DNA of 64,000 nucleotides from Candidatus Kaiserbacteria bacterium RIFCSPHIGHO2_01_FULL_46_22. GTDB lineage: Bacteria > Patescibacteriota > Minisyncoccia > Phycocordibacterales > UBA918. Position numbers and translations under genes: made by a program. The notes under the pieces are model-generated. The model was not told the origin of the DNA, did not search any database, and was given only the letters and a program-made list of their open reading frames with translations. Below are positions 1 to 7,613 of the stretch, in pieces. Location of the stretch: positions 86,869 through 150,868 of the forward strand of contig MFKO01000008.1 in the NCBI GenBank assembly GCA_001779595.1, read 5' to 3'. The first letter of the stretch is position 1. Every line of letters starts with the position of its first letter.

Positions 1-1002
1 CAGCTGAAGAGTTTGGCGACGTTCTTCGTCAGTCGGTGTAACCGGCACAAGATCCTCTATATTGACGTTCTTTCGTACGTCGAGATTGGTCATGAAACTA
101 ATAATCTTGCGCGTGCTGCCGAGAGCCTCTACGAACAATTTCGAAGATGTTGCTTGATCTGTCTGTGACAAAGTCGAAGCCGCATCGACTTTGGTCTTTA
201 CATCAGACAAACGACGATCGATATCGTCCTTCTCCTCAGATGAAATTACGCCATTCAAGCTGTTGAAATACTCGTAAGCACGGGTAGTTTCTGCTTCTAG
301 ACGAGCTTGCAACTTTTGATTGGAGATAATTTCACTATCTCCATGATTAACTCTGAGCTTTGCCTCATTAACAGCTGTCGCCAAAGCTGAAGACGGTGAA
401 GTTCCCGACGCTTCGCGCTTTACTAGTACTTCAGACTGTACTTCAAGTGCCGAAGATAAGTTTATCTCAGCCAAGGCAGCGTCATCGCTGTCACTCTTTC
501 TTATATCAGCAATACTTTGCTCAGCTGCCTCGCTGTGTTGTTTGATTGCACGCGCTACCTCTGCTTCCGCATCCGGAGTGAGCATACCGGCATCAGCTAG
601 CAAGTTGGCCTCAGCTAAACGACGTTCGAGACGTTCAGTTTCCCACTCAATCTTTTCGTACGGCGAAGAAACGAGCGCCCCACGTACCTCTTCATTAAAA
701 CGTAGCTTTACTGGATATAAAATTTCTCCTGGTAAAGCCTTCTCTGCTAGGGCCGGCACTATTACAAAACAAAACACCAAGGAAGCGCTGGCGATTTTGC
801 CAATCATCCAGCCATTCCATGCTGACAAACGCATAGCCAGCGATCGTGCACGAGAAGATTCTTGTACAAAACTACTTGTACTCTCTGAAAGCGGATGGTA
901 CTCCATATACGCCAAAAGACGCTGACGTAACTCATGCTTTTCATCAGACCGCAAACGAATGCTGTCGGCTTTCTTTTTTAGTTGTTCGGAAAATTTCTTC
1001 AT
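1..1002 (-). CDS. DUF5667-like membrane protein, probable anti-sigma factor (3' end runs off the window)
   Basis: Not in the ORF track. Manual translation from ATG at 1002 gives MKKFSEQLKKKADSIRL..., one TM segment, then the ALPGEILYPVK motif and a helical region. Starts 2 nt after the ECF sigma stop. Confidence 0.75.
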   Translation of the reverse strand, partial: MKKFSEQLKKKADSIRLRSDEKHELRQRLLAYMEYHPLSESTSSFVQESSRARSLAMRLSAWNGWMIGKIASASLVFCFVIVPALAEKALPGEILYPVKLRFNEEVRGALVSSPYEKIEWETERLERRLAEANLLADAGMLTPDAEAEVARAIKQHSEAAEQSIADIRKSDSDDAALAEINLSSALEVQSEVLVKREASGTSPSSALATAVNEAKLRVNHGDSEIISNQKLQARLEAETTRAYEYFNSLNGVISSEEKDDIDRRLSDVKTKVDAASTLSQTDQATSSKLFVEALGSTRKIISFMTNLDVRKNVNIEDLVPVTPTDEERRQTLQL

Positions 1003-1004
1003 CT

Positions 1005-1616
1005 CTATAGTAAATTTCGTTCTTGCTCTAGTTTGACTCGACCTGCTTGATCTCCTGCCTCGATCGCGGCCCGTAGGGCCCTGAGAGCTCTGTGTAGGCG
1101 CACCGACACCACGTTCTCCGTTTCCTCTATCAGTTCAGCAATCTCTTTTGGTCCTAACCCGTCTACGAAGCGTAGCGTCACAACTTCACGGTATTCATCA
1201 GGCAGACTATCCAGCAATTCAAAGGCCTGACGACCATCCAGCGTTGCTGCAATTGACTCTGTCTTGTCATCGATCAATTCATCAAAAGAACCTTCGTTCA
1301 CCCCCTCTATCGCAAGCAACGCATCCAACGATGACTCACGACGTTTTCGGTATTCATCAACTATTAAGTTGTTGAGTACCTTATATAAAAATGGGCGAAA
1401 GGACTCTATCTCGTGACCGGAGCGCAAATATGACCAGACTTTGGTATATGTGTCATGCACCAGGTCTATTGCGCGCTCACGGTCACTGACGCGAATAAAC
1501 GCGTGACGGAATAGGGCGTCCCCATATTCTTCAAATGCTGCCAGAAAGCGCTCCTCCCCGCTTGCGCGGTCGGACTGACTTCCACCTATGTTGCCTTTTT
1601 TACTAGGACCAACCAT
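1005..1616 (-). CDS. ECF (sigma-70 family) RNA polymerase sigma factor
   Basis: Region 2 (DLVHDTYTKVW, FRPFLYKVLNNLIVDEYRKR) and region 4 (LPDEYREVVTLRFVDGLGPKEIAELI...VSVRLHRA). Start placed at ATG 1616, which follows a TATAAT. Confidence 0.92.
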   Translation of the reverse strand: MVGPSKKGNIGGSQSDRASGEERFLAAFEEYGDALFRHAFIRVSDRERAIDLVHDTYTKVWSYLRSGHEIESFRPFLYKVLNNLIVDEYRKRRESSLDALLAIEGVNEGSFDELIDDKTESIAATLDGRQAFELLDSLPDEYREVVTLRFVDGLGPKEIAELIEETENVVSVRLHRALRALRAAIEAGDQAGRVKLEQERNLL

Positions 1617-1719
1617 GTGGAAACCATTATATCCAAAGACGTACCAAATGCCGATGTCTTTCACGCACTCCCTATACCTCGACACTTTATTACCAAGAGG
1701 CAAATTGATACACTGGGGT

Positions 1720-2112
1720 ATGAATTTTTATATTGCGACACGGTTCAGTAACGAGGACTTCAGACAGCAAGCGTTGGAAATTAAGGATAAATTGGAGGCA
1801 GCCGGCCATAAGATGACGTTTGATTGGATGAATGGCAAGACACTCAAACCCTATTCTGAAAATGTCGAAATCACCCGCGAGGCTTCACAAATGGCTTTAA
1901 ATGGAGCTTTAGAGGCAGACCTATTCATTTTGATACCGGAACCTGGCGGCACCGGCATGTATGTGGAATTTGGAGCGGCGTTAGCCAAGAGCTTGACTGA
2001 CAAAAACCTTAGGATATATCTTCTGGGTCCATACAAGGACTACGTATTGTTCAATTATCACCCGTCTGTAGTTTGGAAAGACAGTATCGAAGAAATTTTG
2101 GCCGAAATATAG
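1720..2112 (+). CDS. Nucleoside 2-deoxyribosyltransferase-like protein
   Basis: FYIATRF N-terminus and ADLFILI..GGTGMYVEFGAALA motif typical of the NDT fold. Start reassigned to ATG 1720. Confidence 0.7.
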   Translation: MNFYIATRFSNEDFRQQALEIKDKLEAAGHKMTFDWMNGKTLKPYSENVEITREASQMALNGALEADLFILIPEPGGTGMYVEFGAALAKSLTDKNLRIYLLGPYKDYVLFNYHPSVVWKDSIEEILAEI

Positions 2113-2193
2113 ATATTAAGATCTCGCAATTTTTTCTCTACAATGCTATGATCTTAGCCGTAAATGGGTGTTTACTGATTCAGTGACTCATTT

Positions 2194-2264
2194 CGGGGCG
2201 TAGCATAGTGGTAGTGTTCTCGGTTTGGGACCGAGTGGTCCGAGTTCGATTCTCGGCGCCCCGA
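2194..2264 (+). tRNA. tRNA-Pro(TGG), CCA not encoded
   Basis: CGGGGCG/CGCCCCG acceptor stem, CTCGG-ttTGGga-CCGAG anticodon arm, GTTCGATT T-loop. Confidence 0.95.
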
Positions 2265-2288
2265 CTAGATTCAGCTTACAAAAGTAAG

Positions 2289-2338
2289 TATAAAAGACCG
2301 GCTGTCCTTTAAAGGACAGCCGGTCTTTTATAAAGGAC
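2289..2338. repeat. 44-bp perfect palindrome carrying the GTCCTTT(AT)AAAGGAC motif, plus an overlapping second motif copy
   Basis: tataaaagaccggctgtccttt|aaaggacagccggtcttttata at 2289-2332. Probably also acts as a terminator between tRNA-Pro and yraN. Confidence 0.85.
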
Positions 2339-2342
2339 ACCC

Positions 2343-2789
2343 CTATTCTGCTATCACGTTGGGTATATATTTCACCGTTGCGTACTTTTCACGGGGAACC
2401 ATCCGCACGGCTATCACGTCAATTTGTATCCCTCCGTCCCAATTATGCTCAAAGGCCCATGTTTCTAAAGTCTTTCTTATCTGATTTAGCTTGAAACTGT
2501 GAACTAACTCCTCTGGGCGGTAAGTTTCATGTGAAACTGCCCACTCCAGCATCTGCTTGGTTTCATATGAAACGCTTTTGATCTCCACAAAGTGCACTAT
2601 TTCCAATGTTTCATATGAAACATTGGCGTTTGGCTCACTATTCCCTGTTCCACGTGCAACAATATCTATTTCACCCCACTTTTTTCGATAGTTACGCTCA
2701 ATTATAGAAAAACCCTTGTTTTTGAGGTATTTTGCAGCAATTTCTTCACCTAAGTCCCCTGTTTTCTTATTTCCTTGTTTTTTGGGCAT
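2343..2789 (-). CDS. yraN: YraN family (UPF0102) PD-(D/E)xK nuclease-like protein
   Basis: GDLGEEIAAKYL..KGFSIIERNYRKKWGEIDIVA...FVEIK motifs. Confidence 0.92.
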   Translation of the reverse strand: MPKKQGNKKTGDLGEEIAAKYLKNKGFSIIERNYRKKWGEIDIVARGTGNSEPNANVSYETLEIVHFVEIKSVSYETKQMLEWAVSHETYRPEELVHSFKLNQIRKTLETWAFEHNWDGGIQIDVIAVRMVPREKYATVKYIPNVIAE

Positions 2790-2874
2790 GTTTTGCTAAT
2801 TATAGCCTGGTGTTACAGCAGTCAAGGCAAATGTTTCATATGAAACGCTCCAATCTGATGTTTCACGTGAAACA
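2523..2874. promoter_or_regulatory. Cluster of six parS-like palindromes
   Basis: Perfect TGTTTCACGTGAAACA at 2859-2874; variants at 2524-2537, 2560-2573, 2608-2621, 2646-2661 and 2833-2846. Confidence 0.85.
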
Positions 2875-2963
2875 TATCATCCTTTCAGCATTTTTGATAA
2901 AAGTCAAAAAAGACACCATTGTTAGCCATATTTCAAGATTTTCGAGACAAATTTGACTGTCCC

Positions 2964-3032
2964 TTATCCACCTATCCACTTATTTATCCCCTTCGCGGCT
3001 TTGACTGAAGCCTGACCCTTAACTGTGTATAA
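2964..3032. promoter_or_regulatory. Small cluster of DnaA-box-like 9-mers
   Basis: TTATCCACC (2964), CTATCCACT (2972), TTATCCCCT (2985) and TGTGTATAA (3024, reverse complement TTATACACA). Confidence 0.5.
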
Positions 3033-3331
3033 CTGGACTGTTTTGCTAGGGTGCAAGGGGGTTTTGCCTACAGCTTATAAGTTTACTGGTAGGGAAGTGT
3101 GTCTTTTAGAACAGGGTTCGGAGAGAATCGACCCAGAATCGCGGCTGTTTTGTGTCGCTTCGCTCATAAAACAGGCTCGCGTTCTTGGTCGGCAGCTCGG
3201 GTTTTTGTTCGCTTTGAAAGCTCACAGAAACAACCTGCGGCGCTTCGATTCTCTACGCAAGAGCCTCAATGGCTCTTGCTCTGGCCGCACAGAATACAAA
3301 AAGACGCCCTGAGGCGTCTTTTTGTATTCTG

Positions 3332-3402
3332 TGCGGCCAGAGAGAATCGAACTCTCGACCTATCGTTGGCAACGATATGTTATACCACTTAACCATGGCC
3401 GC
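3332..3402 (-). tRNA. tRNA-Gly(GCC), CCA not encoded
   Basis: Reverse complement: GCGGCCA...TATCG-ttGCCaa-CGATA...GTTCGATT...TGGCCGC-A. Confidence 0.95.
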
Positions 3403-3416
3403 AACCGCAATTGAGC

Positions 3417-3953
3417 TCAACCATTTAATACTATTCGGGGCAAACGGTCAATCCACACCAATAGCTTTTTTTTGGCTACAGCCTCATTAACGATGGTGAG
3501 ATGGGGCTTGGAGTAGATTTCTGTCCGTTCCATACCAAGAAACTCATTCAAAAATCGTTTGAAAATCTTGTGGATAGAAGTTCTCTGGTTTGGTAAGCGA
3601 ATCTGCGTGGGGTGAATCAAGTCACCATCAGCTATATAAATCGCTAGGCCCGTCAGAAAAAGGGGAGACGCCTTAAAGTGTTTGAACTCTGTCTCAGCAC
3701 TCTTGATGGCTTCTTTGTATCGACTGGAGCGCTCTGCATTGCGAGCCTTATTCACGAGCGAGACCCGCTTTACGTTGTCTCGACGAGCTTTTAGTTCGTT
3801 ATCCTTGCGAACTTTCTTGGAAAAGGATTGCTTGCCAAACCAATTGCTTACAGTAGCTTTAGATATACCAACAATCTTAGATATTTCAGAGTAAGTAAAG
3901 CCTCGCTGCCGAAATTCCTTTGCTTTTAGGTACTTTTCTTTGTTTTGAACCAT
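3417..3953 (-). CDS. HTH-domain protein with a degenerate LAGLIDADG-like C-terminal segment
   Basis: N-terminal AKEFRQRGFTYSEISKIVGISKATVSNW HTH; later LFLTGLAIYIADG. Lies between two tRNA genes. Confidence 0.6.
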   Translation of the reverse strand: MVQNKEKYLKAKEFRQRGFTYSEISKIVGISKATVSNWFGKQSFSKKVRKDNELKARRDNVKRVSLVNKARNAERSSRYKEAIKSAETEFKHFKASPLFLTGLAIYIADGDLIHPTQIRLPNQRTSIHKIFKRFLNEFLGMERTEIYSKPHLTIVNEAVAKKKLLVWIDRLPRIVLNG

Positions 3954-4108
3954 AGAGTGAATATATTATATACATAAACGACGGTTCAATTCAGAGTTAT
4001 CAACAACGATCTCCGGAGCTTCGAGTCCTGACGCAACAGTACGCAGGTACTGTTGTTGTGGGCGCACATATAAAAATCGGCGGGCATATGCCCGCCGATT
4101 TTTATATG

Positions 4109-4180
4109 TGCGCCTGGCAGGACTCGAACCTACAATAACTGATCCGAAGTCAGTTGTGATATCCATTTCACTACAAGCGC
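4109..4180 (-). tRNA. tRNA-Arg(TCG), CCA not encoded
   Basis: Reverse complement: GCGCTTG...ACTGA-ctTCGga-TCAGT...GTTCGAGT...CAGGCGC-A. Confidence 0.93.
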
Positions 4181-4290
4181 GAGTGTTAACGATACATTGC
4201 ATCCAATATGAATCTCACACCGATGCAATGTGCGCTTATCATACGTCACAAAGGCGAAAACGCAACGTTAATTTGCTAGAATGAAACACA

Positions 4291-5763
4291 ATGATAATCC
4301 GCGAGGAAATACCAAAAGAAGTCGGGGATGTGGCCGATATTCTAGAGAATGCTGGCTTTGAAGCATATCTAGTGGGCGGGTGTGTGCGTGACCTTCTACT
4401 AAATCGTGCGCCTAAAGATTGGGATCTCACTACCAACGCTAAACCAGAAGAGATTCAAGCGCTTTTTCCTGAAACCTACTGCAATAACGACTACGGCACA
4501 GTTGGTGTTGTGAACGGGGAGACAGACGACCTTCGACTCAAGGTCGTGGAGGTAACGCCTTACCGCAGTGAGAGCGAATATTCGGATCGTAGACGGCCAG
4601 ATAAGGTTGAATTCGGAGTATCTCTTGAAGAGGACTTAAAAAGACGCGATTTCACCATCAACGCCTTGGCCTATCGCATAAGCGACCAGAAATTTGTAGA
4701 TCTGTTTGACGGGGAAGGGGATTTGCGCAAAAAACGTCTTAAAACCGTTGGAAATCCGGACGAACGTTTTGGAGAAGACGCTTTGCGAATGATGCGTGCT
4801 GTGCGCTTGTCTGCAGAATTGAATTTCGCCATTGAAGCTGAGACGATGACCTCCGTGGCAAAAAACGCCGACCTTCTCAGTCATATTTCGATCGAACGAA
4901 TCCGTGACGAATTCCTTCGTGTCATCAACTCCAACAATCCCATGCTAGGCGTCGCAATGCTTGAGAAGCTAGGTCTTTTAAAACACATTTTGCCAGAACT
5001 CAGGGAGTCTATTGGCTGCGAACAAGGCGGCATACACGCCTACGATGTGTACGAACACCTCTTACGATCCCTTCAGGCGGCTGCAGACAAGAACTATTCG
5101 ACCGAAATGCGTCTAGCAGCGCTCCTGCACGACATCGCCAAGCCGGCCACTAGGCGTGAGGGTGGCAAAAATAAGCGCTATTCCTTTTTTGGCCATGAAG
5201 TAGTGGGTGCTCGTATGACCGCCAAGATAATGAAACGCTTGAAAATGCCTACGGAAATGGCTAATAAAGTCGAAATGTTGGTGCGTTGGCACATGTTCTT
5301 CTCAGACCCTGACGCCATTACCTTGTCAGCTGTTCGTCGGACAATTGCTAGGGTGGGGGAGGAAAATATGGAAGATCTGCTAAATCTGCGAGTTTGCGAC
5401 CGGGTTGGCACTGGCCGACCTAAAGAGCAACCTTTCCGCTTCCGTAAATACAAGGCCATGGTAGATCAGGCTCGTCGCGATCCGGTATCTGTAAAAATGT
5501 TAAAGACTGATGGGGATAAAATCATGGTACAAACTGGGGAAAAGCCGGGTAAAAAGCTGGGATATATACTGCACGCACTATTGGAAGAGGTTTTGCAAGA
5601 TCCGGCTAGAAATACCGATGAATACTTGGACGGTCGGGTCGCTGAATTAATCAAATTGGACGAAAATAGCCTTAAAAAGCTGGGTGAAGCTGGAAAGGAG
5701 CGGCAACTGGCTGAGGAAGAGGCCGCCATTAAGGAGATCGAAAGGAGTCATAAGGTCGGGTAA
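4291..5763 (+). CDS. cca: CCA tRNA nucleotidyltransferase with HD domain
   Basis: AYLVGGCVRDLLL, DWDLTT, DLKRRDFTINALA, EDALRMMRAVR and LLHDIAK motifs. Confidence 0.93.
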   Translation: MIIREEIPKEVGDVADILENAGFEAYLVGGCVRDLLLNRAPKDWDLTTNAKPEEIQALFPETYCNNDYGTVGVVNGETDDLRLKVVEVTPYRSESEYSDRRRPDKVEFGVSLEEDLKRRDFTINALAYRISDQKFVDLFDGEGDLRKKRLKTVGNPDERFGEDALRMMRAVRLSAELNFAIEAETMTSVAKNADLLSHISIERIRDEFLRVINSNNPMLGVAMLEKLGLLKHILPELRESIGCEQGGIHAYDVYEHLLRSLQAAADKNYSTEMRLAALLHDIAKPATRREGGKNKRYSFFGHEVVGARMTAKIMKRLKMPTEMANKVEMLVRWHMFFSDPDAITLSAVRRTIARVGEENMEDLLNLRVCDRVGTGRPKEQPFRFRKYKAMVDQARRDPVSVKMLKTDGDKIMVQTGEKPGKKLGYILHALLEEVLQDPARNTDEYLDGRVAELIKLDENSLKKLGEAGKERQLAEEEAAIKEIERSHKVG

Positions 5764-5766
5764 TAG

Positions 5767-5793
5767 AAAGCCACCAGAGTTCTGGTGGCTTTT
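5767..5793. terminator. Bidirectional intrinsic terminator
   Basis: aaagccaccaga-gt-tctggtggcttt between convergent genes. Confidence 0.75.
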
Positions 5794-5819
5794 GCCATAA
5801 ATTAATGGCTAAGGGCAAT

Positions 5820-6140
5820 CTAGTGGCACTCTGCAGCTAAGTCGTTGAGGAAGGCGCTACGCTGCGCCTTTGTACTGCCTGCATTCACCTCGACATAGAA
5901 GGCAAAGACTTTGCCGACAAGCACGTTGCCGAGAAACAAACGGCCATTGGGGAAATGAGCTTCCCACAACCTGACCATTTCCTCTTCGGCAGGAAATCGT
6001 GTTTTCGGCCCAGCAGTTTTGATCAACCATCTGCCCGAGGGCTTATGGTATTCCATCGACAGTTCAACCTTACAGCGCACGGTGTACCTCCTCTTTGCGA
6101 AACAACCCGTAACACTACCTGAATAATGAAAAATGTCCAT
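5820..6140 (-). CDS. Hypothetical protein (106 aa)
   Basis: Open frame from ATG 6140 (MDIFHYSGS...), ~30 nt downstream of the terminator of the structured RNA candidate. No recognised motif. Confidence 0.5.
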   Translation of the reverse strand: MDIFHYSGSVTGCFAKRRYTVRCKVELSMEYHKPSGRWLIKTAGPKTRFPAEEEMVRLWEAHFPNGRLFLGNVLVGKVFAFYVEVNAGSTKAQRSAFLNDLAAECH

Positions 6141-6168
6141 TTCTGGCGGTAATAGTTTGGTCAGATAC

Positions 6169-6617
6169 AAAAAAGGTCTGGAGGGGTGGAAAGAAGATCA
6201 ACATTTGATCATCTGCCTACCTCTCCAGACCTTGTGCACATCTCTCGACGTACAAAGAACGGATGGTTGAGCCCTTTTATAGCGGAGGCAATAGCCTCAA
6301 ATGGAACCCTCTATGGGGTGATCCTGCGCAGACCGGGTCTCTAACGTTGTACTTGTCTTGTGTATGTAGGAACCTATAGTAGGTTCCTTAAGAAATTCAC
6401 TATTTAGTATATTTTCGAGCACGCGAGCCGAAAGGAAGGGTCGAGTAGTCAACCACTCTTTGCGGCTCACAAGCCCAAAACGTGAATTCCTAATGAGTAT
6501 GGCTAAATACTCGTTGTGTGGGAATGTGTGTTATGAACGTTGTTAGATTTTGGAGGTCTAACTTATTTGTGAAACGATCTCTTTAGGACCTTGCGGTGCC
6601 CGCCCTTTCTGGACCTT
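6169..6617 (-). ncRNA. Candidate large structured non-coding RNA, family not recognised
   Basis: No ORF of 60 aa or more; upstream TTTACA-N17-TAGAAT promoter; many nested stems with G-U pairs on the minus strand; terminal hairpin 6173-6233 plus U6 tract. Confidence 0.7.
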
Positions 6618-6622
6618 CCACA

Positions 6623-6651
6623 ATTCTATGTCCTTTATAAAATAGTGTAAA
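6623..6651 (-). promoter_or_regulatory. Sigma70-type promoter of the candidate ncRNA
   Basis: -35 TTTACA (6651-6646), 17-bp spacer, -10 TAGAAT (6628-6623). Overlapped by the 12-bp inverted repeat ctatgtccttta/taaaggacatag. Confidence 0.65.
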
Positions 6652-6664
6652 GGACATAGTGTGT

Positions 6665-6714
6665 GGATAACTTCATAACTTGTCCTTTATAAAGGACAAG
6701 TTATGAAGTTATCC
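6665..6714. repeat. 50-bp perfect palindrome centred on GTCCTTTATAAAGGAC
   Basis: ggataacttcataacttgtccttta|taaaggacaagttatgaagttatcc. Overlaps a perfect DnaA box, TGTGGATAA at 6662-6670. Confidence 0.85.
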
Positions 6715-6718
6715 TTGA

Positions 6719-7510
6719 TTAAAGGGATATTTCTATGGAGACTGGACAATGATCTGAACCAAATACATCTGGATGAATGGCGGCTTTTTTGATCAACGAA
6801 CTAAGATTTTTGTCCGCCATCACATAATCAATACGCCAACCTACATTTCGTTCTCGAGCTTGAGCGAAGTGTGACCACCAAGTGTAATTCCCATTGTCTT
6901 GATTGAACAAACGAAAAGTGTCTACGAAGCCAGCAGACAGCATATTTTCGATACCTTTACGTTCTTCTTCGGTGAAACCCTTCTTCCCTTTGTTCTCTTT
7001 TGGACGGGCGAGATCCAGTTCGGTATGTGCCACGTTGAGATCACCGCAAAAAATGACTGGTTTCTCACTTTGCAGCTGTTTCATATATGTAAGGAACGCC
7101 GCGTCCCAACGTTCCCGGACCGGCAGGCGAGACAGGTCGTCTTTGGCATTTGGGGTATAGACCGAGGTAACGAAAAAAGTCTCGAATTCTAGAGTGGTAA
7201 CCCGACCTTCACTGGCGCTGTCACCGTAAGAATCCTTTAAATCAAAGGCTTTTTTGATATCTTCAGGCAAACCTCTACGCTCGGACTCCGGTGCTATTTT
7301 AGTGAAAATAGCCGTGCCGGAGTAGCCTTTTTTGTCGGCCGAGTTCCAGTATTCGTCATATTCCGGAAGATCTACCTCGCTCTGGCCTTGTTCGGCCTTG
7401 GTTTCTTGAAGGCAAAGGATGTCCGGCTGATGTTTCTCAATAAACGGGACAAAAAGCCCTTTCTTGTGCACTGCTCGTATACCATTCACATTCCAAGAGT
7501 AGATTTTCAT
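6719..7510 (-). CDS. xth: Exodeoxyribonuclease III (AP endonuclease)
   Basis: SWNVNGIRA, LCLQETK, GDLNVAH, WRIDY and SDHCPV motifs. Confidence 0.96.
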   Translation of the reverse strand: MKIYSWNVNGIRAVHKKGLFVPFIEKHQPDILCLQETKAEQGQSEVDLPEYDEYWNSADKKGYSGTAIFTKIAPESERRGLPEDIKKAFDLKDSYGDSASEGRVTTLEFETFFVTSVYTPNAKDDLSRLPVRERWDAAFLTYMKQLQSEKPVIFCGDLNVAHTELDLARPKENKGKKGFTEEERKGIENMLSAGFVDTFRLFNQDNGNYTWWSHFAQARERNVGWRIDYVMADKNLSSLIKKAAIHPDVFGSDHCPVSIEISL

Positions 7511-7613
7511 AAAGGCATTTTAACATTTCTTAGTAACGCTGTGCCGGGATAGGTATGCATTTCTTAATTCCAAGGTTGAATTTGTTATAGTAGAGGTCAC
7601 TGAAGCTAAACAT

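Noticed and set aside
3025-3490. Plus-strand ORFs of 73-97 aa
   Set aside because: They overlap tRNA-Gly and its inverted-repeat trailer, and the translations look non-protein-like.
6169-6617. Structured region as tmRNA, RNase P RNA or a group I/II intron
   Set aside because: No tRNA-like ends, no GAGGAAAGUCC/P4 partner, no recognisable intron core or domain V, and no interrupted host gene. Judged by eye only.
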